Origin: Mobula birostris
Taxonomy: Eukaryota
DNA: 64,000 nucleotides
Reading direction: 5' to 3'
Assembly: GCF_030028105.1 (NCBI RefSeq)
Contig: NC_092373.1
Location: 86,615,288 to 86,679,287 of the forward strand
This document shows positions 23,962-36,322 of this stretch, piece after piece. Position 1 is the stretch's first letter. Each line of letters starts with the position of its first letter. The position numbers and the translations under genes were made by a program. Below the pieces are notes generated by a model, which was not told where the DNA came from, did not search any database, and was given only the letters and a program-made list of their open reading frames with translations.

Positions 23962-26224
23962 TGACATGTCCCGTTCCGTGAAGTCCGCATTCTGGTTCAC
24001 GGTCTGGTTTGTGGACTCTGGACTCCAGGTCTTCCGGCTGTCCCTTGTTTCATTTGGGCTCAATCCTAGGCACCTGATGCTTGTCCTGGGGCTGGGAGTA
24101 TAAGTGGCCCTGGGGTCGAGTGTGGGTGCTGGTTTGTCTCGTCAGTATTCCCTTGGAGCAATCTGCTAGTGGAAGGCTAGAGCAACCATTTGTGATTTCT
24201 AGGCCTGGTTGGAGGACCACCGCTTCATGGAACCTTGTTGTCTCTAGTCAGGGCAGTCATCGTGGTATGGATTCGGCTGTTTCTGTGGCCAGCTGAGTGG
24301 CCGTCTGCCACTCTTAGCTAGATATCGATTCGGCTGTTTCTGTAGCCAGCCAAGGCTGCTGGCGACCCCGAGTCTCAGAGCCACCATGGATTGAGCTCTC
24401 TTCCTGTCCTTGCCTCTGTTAGGTAAGCAAGGGCATCATTGCCTTTACCCTGTGTTTGGATCTGTCCCTTCCTGTTCTTGCCTCCATTGGGTAAGCCAGG
24501 TCATTTCTGCAATTACCCTGAGGCTGGACTATTCTCTTCCCCTCCCCATATGAATCCCTGACAATCTCCTCAGAGGATTATCTCAGCAATTGACCTCGGC
24601 AGTCATCCCGGTCCCATATCCTAGTAAGCATCCCAGCCCAGCATCCAAGGAAAGGGCCTGGCCCTGCATTCCAAGGAGGAGTACCTCATCCTGCCCAGGA
24701 GTACCTCGCCCAGCCCAGTGCTGGAGATTCCTCGTCCTGAGCAAGCCACGTCCTTGAACCTCAAACAACCCAAGCCTCGAAGAACCCAAGCATCGTCATG
24801 TCCTTGCCTAGTTCTGGGGTCCGAGCCCAAGTCAAGACCCAGGTTCTAGGTCCTTGTCCAGTCTCTAGCTCGGAGTCCAAGCCCAGGCTCCTAGTTCCCA
24901 GTTCCTCGTCCTGGTCCTGCTTTCCTAGCCCAAGTCTGTGTTCCTGTCCCAGCACCTTAGTCTGTATCCAGTCCCATCCCTAACTCCAGTCCAGTCTAGT
25001 TCCCAGTACTTCAGTGTCTGTGTCTTGCATTTGGGTACACCTTCAACGCCCACCCTATGACAGAATGAACCAGCCATACATGGACCCAGCAATGCAGACA
25101 CTGTCGTCTAACTCTTGTCATCCTGGGTTCCCTTCTGATTGAATACCCTCCCACCCGCCCGGGTCGTCCTTAGTCCTGGAGAGCCTGTTCGATCGCCCGG
25201 AGAACGGGGGGTGGAGGGTACTGCCATGGTCTGGTCCGGTAAGTCCACATTCCGGTTCACAGTCCTGTCTGTGGAGTCCGGACTCCAGGTCTTCCGGCTG
25301 TCCCTTGTTTCAGTTGGGCTTAATCACAGGCACCTGATGCTTGTCTTGCCGCTGGAAATATAAGTGGCCTTGGGATCGAGTGTGGGTGCTGGTTTGTCTT
25401 GTCAGTATCCCCTTGGAGCAACCTGCTGGTGGAAGGCTAGAGCAGCCATTCGTGATTTCTAGGCCTGGTTGGAGAACTACTGCTTCATGGAGCCTTGTTG
25501 TCTCCAGATAGAGCAGTCATCGTGGTATGGATTCGGCTGTTTCTGGGGCCAGCTGTGTGGCCGTCTGCCACTCAGAGCTAGATATGGACTTGGCTGTTTC
25601 TGTAGCCAGCCAAGGTTGCTGGTCATCCCGAGTCTCAGAGCCACCCCGGATTGAGTTCCCTTTCTGTCCTTGCCTCTGTTGGGTAAGCCAGGCTGTTTTC
25701 CATTACCCTGAGGCTGGACTGTTCTCTTCCCCTCCCCATCTGAAACCCTGACAGTTTCCTCGGCAGTCATCCTGGTCCTGCATCCTAGTAAGTATCCCGG
25801 CCCATGTTCAAGGAAGGGGCCAGGCCCTGTGTTCCAAAAAGGAGTACCTCATCCTGCCCAGGAGTACCTCGTCCTGCCCGGTGCCGGAGCTTCCTCATCC
25901 TGAGCTGGAGATTCCTCGTCCTGAGCAAGCCACATCCTTGAGCCTCGAAGTACCCTAGCCTCGTCATGTCCTCACCTAGTTCAGGGGTCCAAGCCAAAGT
26001 CAAGACCCAGGTTCTGGGTCCTTGTCCAGTCTCTGGTTCGGAGTCCAAGCCCAGGCTCCTAGTTCCCAGTTCCTCGTCCTGGTCCCACTTTCCTCGCCCA
26101 TGTCTGTTTTCCTGTCCTGGCTCCTAGTCTATGTCTAGTCCCGTCCCTAACTCTAGTCCAGTCTAGTTCCCAATACTTCAGTGTCTGTGTCTTGCATTTG
26201 TGTCCACCACCAATGCCCATGACA
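23962..26224 (+). mobile_element. Two-LTR Tf1/sushi-type Gypsy derivative with a 159-bp internal region
   Basis: LTR1 23962-25062 and LTR2 25222-26224 are ~1 kb direct repeats ending TGACA. The internal part has GAATGAACCAGC, an MDPA gag start (25080) and PPT GGGGGGTGGAGGG. Flanks GCTTT / GCCTT (4 of 5 match). Confidence 0.88.
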
Positions 26225-26683
26225 GCCTTGTATTGGTTCACTTACTGCAGCATTGCATATTATTGGAAAGGGTATAAAATATGAACAGTCTCGGGGTTTG
26301 GGGGTAGTTCTTCAAGGTGTTTGTCATGAACAGCACCACAAATCAAGTAGGAGGTGTACTGCAGTGAGAGGGTCCCATACCTACCCAGAGAAGTATCTTT
26401 ATAATTGCCCTGCTCTGTCCTAATAAAAAATTTGTCATTCCGAGTAGTTAATAGGGATTTGTGTCTTTCTGAGTGGATCTGAGAATCTTTTGTTGTAAAA
26501 TTATATGTCCATGATGCCAATTGAAATAGTCCCACCTGTCTTCACCCTTTTTTTCCCTCTGTTCCTGTATCTGTCTCAATGCTTCTGACTCACTGCTGTC
26601 ATATCTGCATCCACCACTTCCACAGGCAGTGTTCCCTAGAACCTACCACTCTCTGTGTAAAGTCCTTCCCTTGTAAATCTCCT

Positions 26684-27528
26684 AAAAATTGTACATCGTT
26701 ACTATTTGACAAAGGAGGGACTGTCTAAAATATTCCCTAATGTTGATAGTCAGTGTGTTAGATGTAAAATTGAGACGGCTACATTGACACATATGTTTTA
26801 GTCGTGTTCTGTATTGAAACAGTTTTGGAAATCTATTTTCTCTATAAATTCTAAAGATTTAAAAATTAATTTACAACCTAATAAATTGATAGTTTTGTTC
26901 GGTATAATTCCTTAACATGTTCACGGTATTTCTATAACAGACCAACATGTAATTGCACTTGTCACATTATTGGCCAGAAGGGCTATTTTATTGAAATGGA
27001 AAGATGCCTCTGCTCCCACTTTGATACAATGGTTCTCTCAGGTGATGTTATGTCTTAGTTTGGGGAAAATTAGAAGTCGAACTTTTGATCCTCGATTTGA
27101 CTTTGAGAAAAGGTGGGGTTCTTTTGCCCGCTACTATCATTTGATTTGAGTTAATTAAGATGGTCCCCTTCTGATTCTTGTACAATTGGATTTGGTTGGT
27201 GAATTGATGTTTTTCTTTTATGGATGATTGTATGGCGTATAGCTCAGGTGTTGTGCTCCCAATGGTTTTTTTTTCTCATTTCTTTTCGGTTAGTAGGGTT
27301 TTTTTGTTTTAGTTAGTTGGGGTTCCTTTATCCTTCTTTCTTTTTTCCAAAAAAAATAGTTCCAACATTTTGTTTTTTCTTATTATTATTGGTATACTGT
27401 TTCGCTTGTTTAATCAGTTATTTGATAGTTGAACTTTTATTGTACATATAGATATGTTGATTTGACTACTTTAATATATTCTTTGTTGATTTCCAATAAT
27501 AATTAATAAAAAGATTTAAAAATGAAAA
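26684..27528 (+). mobile_element. 5'-truncated L1 3' end inserted in a CR1 fragment
   Basis: ARRAILLKWKD...W...F.KRW C-terminal motif, T-rich 3' UTR, AATAAA and A-rich tail; 12-bp TSD TGTAAATCTCCT at 26672-26683 and 27529-27540. Confidence 0.85.
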
Positions 27529-28864
27529 TGTAAATCTCCTTTCTGTTTTGCTCCTCACCATAAAGATATTCTCACGAGTCTGGCATTTCTACCCTGGGAA
27601 AAAGACTCTGACAACCCACCCTATTTATGACTGTTTAGTTTCTGCAGTCAGAAGCTTCCAGCCCAGACAGTGTAGCTGTTTGAGTGCTGAAGATCTGTGC
27701 AGACCAATGGGCTGGTGTTTCCAAAAGCTTCTCACACCTCTCATATCTGTGGTCTGATTTTCTCACCTGTTCAAAAGGGCATTGAGTCTACCAGAGTCCA
27801 AGAGGAGCATGGTGGTCTTCCTCAGTGACTACCGTCTTTCACCACTTCGATTCACTGTAATGAAGGCATTGAAAAGCATCATGTGTAGGCAGAGATTTGG
27901 TATAATTCAGTCTTCTGAACTGAAGGGTCTGTTCCAGAGCTGTACTGTTCTATATTCTATTCTTCCTTCAGGGAATAATAAGAAAGAGACTCTAGTTATC
28001 CCTGCAGCTATTGTCCATCGTCTAAAATGGGAACATCGGAACTGATAATTAAAATATATTAGTAATGGTAGAGTCAACAAAAATGCAATGTGTTAAGTTT
28101 AGGCCCCATCAACATACTCAGTAGAGCTTCGGAGCTCAATTCCAAGGGTAGCAGGACAATTATTATGGCTCAGGCTTTTAATATCAGCAGCATATTGCAA
28201 ATGTCTTTGTTCATGCTATGTGGTCAAAGGAATGGAAACTGCCAATTTTGAGACTGGCAACAGCCACTATTTTGTGAACTGTTTCGTGAACTGGTTTTTG
28301 TTCAGGGATTTTGCTAAATCAGTGCAACTGAAGGTGACCACAATGAGGTTCCTGCTGATGATCCACTAAACTTGAGACAATTTCCAAACTTGCAGCTGTT
28401 TATTTTGTTATGCGGAAATAGTGGGCTTGTAGAATAAGTCTCAGCTAAGCAGCAGGCTGACCTGGGGTTTGAATTGCTCTGATTTGGCTAACACAGATGG
28501 GTCTCAGTCAGTAAAATTGAAACACAACAGATTGATCTCTAAATCAGAGGATAAGAATGGAGGATTTTGGTAGTAAAGGCTGTGACAACTCTGGAGACCC
28601 GTTATTACAGAAGTAGATAATCCTACATCGGAAATGTGGAGATTGAATTAAGAGCAACAACTCCTCCTGGGTATTACCATTTGATTTATTTGACTGTCCA
28701 GGGAAGGTCAGAGAAACCAAGAAAGTGTGCAGACAAGTATTTAGTTTTGTATAATTTGCATGCTTATTGTTAATTGAACCAATAAAAATATTTGTCACTT
28801 CATACAGTTTCTCTCTGTGCCTAACTGATCATTACTAATGAGAGTGAATATCTTCAGCATAGAT

Positions 28865-28882
28865 TGGCATCCCTGGGCGGAC
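28865..28882 (+). promoter_or_regulatory. Primer-binding site, tRNA-Asn-like
   Basis: TGGCATCCCTGGGCGGAC against TGGCGTCCCTGGGTGGGC (15 of 18 match). Confidence 0.65.
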
Positions 28883-29555
28883 TCAAGGATAAAACTCTCC
28901 ATTGAGACAATGGGAGACGTGAGCCAGACAAGAATAATGAATTATGGAGAGAACTGAAGTTAGTTACTTACACACTCAGATGAAGAATTCAGGGACTTTT
29001 GCAAATCAGGATTACTTGGATTATTTTGATTGGAAAGTGTCAGGAAATGTAGCGTAGGGTTGACCAACAGCAGAGCAGTGGAGATAATTTAGAAGTAAAC
29101 AATATTCTACTAATAGACAGCCAAATAACAAGCCGTGAAGAGCCCCAAAACAAGAGAGAACAGAATCTAAACCTTACCAACACAACAGGCAACAAGGTAA
29201 ACCTTAGGCAGGGAGAGTGAAGGTAGGAGCAACTGGTTGAAGCTGACTGGTTTGATGAGTGAACAAGGACTGTGGATGAGAACCAGGGTTAAGTAGGCTG
29301 CAAGTGATGAGTCTGGAATGAGCAGCAGGTGCATCCCACGGCCAGTCCCCGAGGACCCAGGATGATCCAGATGGGTCCAGTGGAACTCATCCCTGACCTT
29401 GACCTTAAACTCTGATGGTTCCTTAGCCATTCTCCTTCAGCTAACATTGATGCACTGTTTCCAATTAAATCTCACCGTAAACTTGGGGAATTCCCGTCGC
29501 AGCACTCCAAACACCAGTGATGCCGAGGAATTTGGTTCCATTTCAGGGAAACTTA

Positions 29556-30713
29556 GGCTACTTCCACACTAGATCTTATAAATCTGTAACCAAAGCTTTT
29601 ACTCTTCGTTTTGACCCTCCGTCCGCACTGAAACGGTGTTTTCCTCCCCAAAAATTGAGCTTTTCTAAAATACTGTCCAGAGTGTTTAAATCTGAAAACA
29701 ACGGTTGGGCATTGTAGTGTGTACGGGGTAACCAGCTAATTTTAAAAATGCTGTCATGACGTGCCGGAACAAATAGTGGCGGCAGCGTGGGATTTCATGG
29801 TTTTCTTGAACGCAGCCTCCAACATCACAACAACAATATCTGACAATAGATGTGTAACAGCCTAATGTAACATTGTATGGAAATACAAGATAACACTGAT
29901 GCAGACATGTTTTATACATTTAACAAGGTGCTTTATTAACGTATTGCTTGTGCAAACATTCAATAGATACAATTGCCACTTTTGCCCAGTAACTTGTTTT
30001 ATTGCACATGTTAAATACAGCAAAATGATACACAAAGACATGGCAAACGTAAAGGCAAACAAATGAGGTAACAGCAAATTTCACTTTTGCCTAGTAACAA
30101 GCCTTATTGCATTTAGTTGTAGCTGTCGTCCCTTTCATCAGTGAAGAGATTATGGCTGTAGGAAACGTTTCCAGGGTGACCCCTCTGTGGGAGTGGGGAA
30201 GATGTTGGTGGGGCCACATGGGGGTCTGTGTGTCCGTATGTGTAGCTATTGTAGTGGTTGTGAGGCTGGTATTGTGGCGGTGAAATCTACTTGCGGGGGG
30301 GACTCATCATATTCCTCGTCTTTGCAAATCCCTCTGCAACAGAGTTAGTCAGTTTTTCAACGGTCCTTATCAGCCGGGTCATACTGTCCGTGAACTCCCT
30401 GTCGGTTGCCTCCATATGCTCCAGTATGTTTTTTTCAGCTTTAAGTCCTCCTGTGCGAGAGCTAACAGCTGTCCGTAGTTTGGCAATTTCCTTTTAAGTT
30501 TTTCCAGTCTGTAACTGGACAAACGTGCACCAAGTATACCGTTTCCTGGTTGCTTGTTTTCTGTAGATGTGTCCTGCACATGCCCAATAGAAGGAGATTC
30601 ACCAAAATACCCGCTTTAATGTGGACGGAGGTATTTTCAAAAACGCCTGGTGTGGACGCCTATCGTTTTTACGTGAAACAACCTTTTTCAAAATTATCCG
30701 GTCTAGTGTAGCC
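29556..30713 (-). mobile_element. Non-autonomous PIF/Harbinger DNA transposon with a Myb/SANT-partner ORF remnant
   Basis: Ends GGCTAC(TTCC)ACACTAGA ... TCTAGTGTAGCC; TTA TSD at 29553-29555 and 30714-30716; YRLEKLKRKLP..QLLALAQEDLKLKK coiled coil on minus. Confidence 0.82.
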
Positions 30714-33644
30714 TTAGTAAATCATTGGACAAACATTTGCGAAAAAGATAAAATAGATTAGTAAGGATACCAGCTGCTGGAACTGAAAAACAGGGTTGTC
30801 AGCCAAGAATAATCATCTAAAAGTACAGTCAAACAAAACACGGGAGAAACAAATTGTGCTGTCAGCATTAAACTTCTGACTCATCACCCACAGCTCATCT
30901 CAGCCTATCCCGGATCAACAATATTTAAACTGTGAGCTTTTTATTCACTCTCCCTCTGCTCCTTATCACCATGATAGGTGTGTCTCATCCATTATCTGGC
31001 TTGGAAATGGGTACTAGTCATGCATTTTAATGCTAGTCACATTGTTAACAGGAACCATCAGCATCTGGCTCTGCCCAAATTTCACTTGCAATAGGGTGTG
31101 CTGAAACTTCCCCTCAAGCTTTCAAAAGTGTTTGGTAAAAGAACTATCAGAATGGAGCATATAGCAACATGGTAAAAGAGAACAGAACTGAGGTCTTACT
31201 AAAGGAAGTACAACTTGGGCAGGTATCATATGAGACTGATACTGGTTACAGAGGGAAATGGAGACAGAGGGAGTGTTCAGGTGAAGGGAAAGTCATATTG
31301 GCCAGAAAGATTTAAAACTTACAAATCAGTGGACAGCAATGAAGCAAGTGCGGTGGAAACAGACAAAGCAAAAGACTTTGCTTTTGCCATGTGGTGGCAG
31401 GAAGGGAGGCAGATATTTTGTGAGACTGTATTTGCAGCTGCCATTTTCTGAATTGTTTGGTGAACTGATTATTGCTCAGGGATAACTTAATCAGAGCAAT
31501 TGAATATGGTCACAAAAAGTTTCTGCTAATAATCTGCTAAACCTGACACCAAACTCGGAAATGACACTGATTATTATGTAAAATGCAGGCTTGCAGAAGG
31601 TACAGCCTGTGGTCAGGCAATCTGAACCCTATGTTTGGCTGACCTGATTAGACAAGTTTGAACCAGTACACACCAATGACCCTTACTTCAGTCTTCAACG
31701 CTCCTCCTCCTCCTGGACACCCTGCTCTTCGCTTCTGCCTGCTCCGGATATTTTGATTGCTAACTGCCAATAAAACAACAACTGTCCCCTCTTTACCGCT
31801 CCTCTGTCTAATTCTAAACTCACTCCTTCCGAGCACACTGATCTCCACTCTCTCTGCACTAATCCTAACCTCACCATCAAATCTGCAGTAGTGTGGCAGA
31901 CTGAACTCTACCTTGCTGAGGCCGGGCAACAACTCCCAGACACCTCCTCTTCCTTACCTCTCGGGCAGGACCCACTGAGGAGCACCAGGCCATTGTCGTC
32001 CGCACCATCACCAACCTTATTGACTCTGGGAATCTCCCGTCCACTGCAACAAACCTTGTAGTTCCCTCACCCCACACTTCCTGTTTCTACCTCCTACCCA
32101 AGATCCATAAACCTGCCTCTCTAGGTAGACCCATTGTTTCTGCTTATTCCTGCCCCACCAAATTTATATCTGCATACCTCGACTCCGTTTTATCCCCTTG
32201 GTTCAGTCCCATTCTACCGACATCCATAACACTTCACACGCTCTTGAATTTTTCATGATTTCAAGTTTCCTGACCCCAGTTGTCTGATCCTCACTAGTCC
32301 CTATATATCTCCTTCTCTCATCAGAAGGTCCATAAGCTCTCCATTTCTTTCTGGACAGCAGATCCAACCAATTCCCCTCCACCATCACTCTCCTTCATCT
32401 GGCGGAACGTCCTCATTCTCAACAAATTTCTCCTTTGGCTCCTCCCACTTCCTTCAAACAAAAGGCGTTTCCATGGGCACTGGTACGGGTCCCAGCTATG
32501 TCTGCCTTTGTGTTGGCTATATTGAACAGTCCATGTTGGAAGCTAACACCCAACTCTTCCTATGCTACATTGATGATGGCTTTGGTGCTGCTTCCTGCAT
32601 CCATGATGAGCCCATCAAATTCATCAATTTTGCCTCCAACTTCTATCTTGCCCTCAAATTTACTTGGTCCAGTTCTGACACTTTCTTCCCTTTTTCTCAA
32701 TCTCTCTGTCTCTGTCTATAGAGAGAGTTTATCTACTGATAATTTTTATAAACCCATTGATTCTCACAGCTACCTGGGCTATACCTCTTCCCACCCTGTC
32801 ACTTGTAAAAATGCCATCCCCTTCTCTCAGTTCCTCTGCCTCTGCTGCATCTGCTCTGAGGATGCTTTTCATTCCGGAACTAATGGAATGACCTCCGTTT
32901 TCAAAGAAAGGGGCTTCCGTCCTCAACCATCAACGCTACCTTCTCCTGCATCTCTTCCATTTCACACACGTCTGCTCTTACTCCATCCTACTGCCACCTC
33001 ACCAGGAATAAGTTTTCCCTACATACCACCCCACTAGCTTTTCAGTCTAGCACTTAATTCACCTTAACTTCCGCCATTTCCAGTGGTATCCCACCACCAA
33101 GCACATCTTTCCCAACCCACCTCCCTTTCCACCTTCTGCAGGAATTGCTCCCTACGAGACTTCCTTGTCTACTCGTCCCTCCCCACTGATTTCCCTCCTG
33201 GTATTTATCCTTGCAAGCGGAACAAGTGCTACACCTGCCCCTACACCTCCTCCCTCACTACTACTCAGGGCCCCAAACAGTCTTCTCAAATGAGATGAGG
33301 CAACACTTCTCCTGTGAGTCTATTGGAGTCTTCTACTGTATTCGGTGCTCCCAGTGTGGCCTCCTGTATATTGGTGAGACCTGAAGTAGATTGGGAGACG
33401 GCTTTGCCGAACACCTATGCTCCATCCACCAGAAAAAGCTGGATCTCCCAGTGGCCACCCATTTCAATTCCTCATCTCGTTCGCATTCCAACATGTCAGT
33501 ACATGGCCTCCTCTACTGCTGTGATGAGGCCACACTCAGGCTGCAGGAGCAACACCTTATATTCAGTCTGGGTAGCCTCCAACTTAATGGCATTGACATT
33601 GATTACTTAAATTTGTTCCTCCCCTTCTCTATTCCCCATTTTTT

Positions 33645-33803
33645 CTTTCTCTCTCTCTCTCTCTCTCTCGCACTCTCTGTTTCTCCCTCTCAGACTCTCT
33701 CTCTCTTTTTCTCTCTCTCACACAGACACACACATTCTCTCCCTCTCTCTCTCACACACGCACAGACAGTCTCTCTCACACACACACAGACTCTCTCTCT
33801 CTC
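33645..33803. repeat. (CT)n/(CA)n compound microsatellite inside the PLE 3' region
   Basis: Directly visible. Confidence 0.9.
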
Positions 33804-34021
33804 CCCCCTTATCTCCTTACCTGCCTATCACTTCCCTCTGGTCCTCCTCCTCCTTCCCTTTCTTCTACCAGATTCCCTCTCATCCAGCCCTTTATCTCTT
33901 TCTCTAATCAGCTCCAGCTCTTTATTCGCCCCCTCCCCCTCTCCCAGTTTCACCCACCTCCCACTTTGTACTTGTTCTTCCCTTACCCCACCTTTTCACT
34001 CTGATTTCTCATATTTTCTTC

Positions 34022-34059
34022 CAGTCCTGATGAATGGTCTCAGCCTGAAACGTTAACTG
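34022..34059 (+). ncRNA. Hammerhead ribozyme motif in PLE tail, partly decayed
   Basis: CAGTC CTGATGA A TGGT CTCA GCCT GAAA C GTT AACTG. Confidence 0.65.
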
Positions 34060-34129
34060 CTTACTCTTTTCTGTACGTGCAGCCTGATCTGCTGAGTTCC
34101 TCCAGCTTTTTGTGTGTTTTGTTGTTGGA

Positions 34130-34575
34130 TTGCCACCATCAGGGAGGGGATAATGGAGCCTATTGGCTTCAATGTTAGGTTGTGGGCTGGAGTTTGATAG
34201 GAGTTTTTGATTAGGTGGGTGGTGGGGTGGAGATACGTCTCTGCCAAAGGAGGTGTAAGACACTGCTCGCCTGCAGATCACACGTGGGCAAGGTGTAGTA
34301 CCTGCTTTCCCCCACCCCCGCAGTCTGGGTCATATGAAACCATGGGAGCAGGTGGTGGATGTCATATGGACACCTGGTGCAAATTTCAAGCCCTGGTTAT
34401 GCGATATCTGACACCAGGCAGACAGTCTCTGAAGAGTATTGATAATGGCTGGGATCACTGTCTTGTAAAGACACTGCCCTGAAGAAGGCAATGGCAAACC
34501 ACTTCTGTAGAAAAAGTTGCGAGGAGCAATCATGGTTGTGTATAGAGAGAGGAAGACCATGATTGCCCATGTCAC

Positions 34576-34608
<33 letters not shown>
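34130..34608 (+). mobile_element. RTE-clade 3' end or RTE-dependent SINE with a (GAT)n tail
   Basis: GAAGGCAATGGCAAACCACTTC BovB-like 3' motif followed by (GAT)n at ~34577-34608. Confidence 0.65.
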
Positions 34609-34610
<2 letters not shown>

Positions 34611-35219
34611 GAATGATTAGGGGGTCCCAAACCCAGAACTCCTGCATTTTATGGGGAGCACATCTAACAATATTAATCTGGTCCCCTATGACCACCAATC
34701 CATTCATTTCAACACATGATTTTCCCTTCACTTGAATGCTCCCTCTGATACTGTTCCCTTCTTGATATTAGCCCAAGTTCTGATCCCTTTTTTAATTTAC
34801 TTACTGGATGTGGGCATCACCAGCTAAGCCAGCATTTGTTGCCCATCCCTAGATGCCCTTGAGAAGGTGGTGATGAGCTGCCTTCCTGAACTGCTGCAGT
34901 CCCTGAGGTGTAGGTACACCCACAGTGCCGATAGGGAGAGCCTTGGTTGTTTAAGCTTTACATCCACATGAACTAGTGGGAGCAGATCATGAGATGCCTG
35001 TGTTGGGTAGAAAGAGGAACTGGAGTGGGGCCATTTAGTTGTGTAACAACTGAAGTTTATTATTTTGTAAATAAATTAGTTGTGGTAACATAAAAAATAA
35101 TAATCAAAGACGAAGCAAATCTACTGCATGGAAGTAATTTGGAATTGAAATTCACTAATTGGATTTGGAGCAGTTTTCTGGAGTAATGTACATTGGACAA
35201 TTTTAAACATTTTCTTGTC

Positions 35220-36120
35220 CCAGGTAGATGTCCTCTTTCTGTTGGAGGCATTCATAGTCAGATCCACATCCTACCCATGCCAAAGGCAGTCCCGGTCAGA
35301 TCCATGGTCAGAATACCCACATCCTGCACCTGAATCTTTCAAGCCTCTAGTAACCTACAGGAGAAGCAGGTGGCAGGCATGGGGATATGGAAGTTGAATG
35401 TCAAGTTGCCAATGCCAGAGAACATCAAAGGAGTAGATTAATTGCACAGGTTGAAGAACCATGAAGGGCCTCTTTGACTCTCCACTTCATTGGTAGGAAG
35501 CACTCAAGAAGAACATCAAGAGGTTCCTCAAAAGTGTTTAGAAAGTAAAATGGAATCAAAAGGAATTATGCCAACTCTTGACAGATATGCAGCATGTTTC
35601 CCCCTTTCCATTGAGAAGGGTGGATGTGAGAGAGGTTCTTCAAACGTGAAGAGACGGCACAAATACATAAAGAACACAATCTCCAAAATGGGTTTTGGAA
35701 GGGAAGCAGAAATTGGATCAAGCTGTTTCATGCAGATATCCACAATTCAGACCAAATCAATGCATGGGAGACATAACTTCCCCTTCAGACTGGAGTCCAG
35801 CAGGATTGTCTACTCCCCCGTTGTGTTTGTGTTTTGCTTAGAACGTTTTGCTGAATCCATCAGGAAGGATGAGATTTTAAGAGGGGTAACATTTCCAGGC
35901 AGTGGAGGTGCACAATTCTAAAGCTCACTGTGTATGGATGAGGTTGCCATCTTCTGCTCAGATCCACAGTCAGTTCAGAAATTGATCAGCATCAGGGTCC
36001 AGAGTCAACTGCACAAAGAGTGAGGTCATGCTTTTTGCCTGTTGGCCTGACCATTCAACATTGGCTTCACCGTCAGGTCTGACTACTTGAAGGTGCTGGG
36101 GATCTTATTCAGAGAGGTTC
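35220..36120 (+). mobile_element. Tx1-type LINE RT fragments
   Basis: SGVQQDCLLP (RQGCPLSP-like), FAESIRKDEILRGVTFPGSGG, CMDEVAIFCSD and YLKVLGI motifs. Confidence 0.65.
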
Positions 36121-36322
36121 AGAATGGTATCACGGGCTTTCATTCTAGGATACAGTTTAATGAAACAAAGCCAGCTTGGTGGAGAATCTTCTCTTTCACA
36201 AATGTTAAACTTAAGGCCCATCACACATGGAGTTATTAATATGGTCCTCAGGCATTCATTCGTGTGTGATCCAGAGAGTCAACTGAAATGTTGTTGGGCT
36301 GAAACACTAGCACATCTGTGGC

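Larger units (their letters stand above)
28091..31650 (+). mobile_element. Old, internally deleted ERV-like provirus (5' LTR ~28091-28860, PBS, env-TM-like remnant, PPT, partial 3' LTR from ~31274)
   Basis: 28195-28500 and 31367-31650 are diverged direct repeats. AATAAA at ~28780, PBS at 28865, hydrophobic CILMLVTLLTGTISIWLC at ~31020-31075, AGAGGGGAG-TGT at ~31265-31276. Confidence 0.55.
31680..34120 (+). mobile_element. Long decayed Penelope-like element (RT, GIY-YIG, tail)
   Basis: FYLLPKIHK, GRPIVS, MGTGTGPSY, YIDDG, YKPIDSHSYL and YIGET motifs; tail matches the other PLE copies. Confidence 0.9.

Noticed and set aside
33391-34056. 221-aa ORF with a Leu/Ser/His-Thr-rich tail
   Set aside because: A GIY-YIG remnant reading through a CT/CA microsatellite; not a gene.
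34330-34731. ORFs with poly-His or poly-Ser
   Set aside because: Translations of the (GAT)n retroposon tail.
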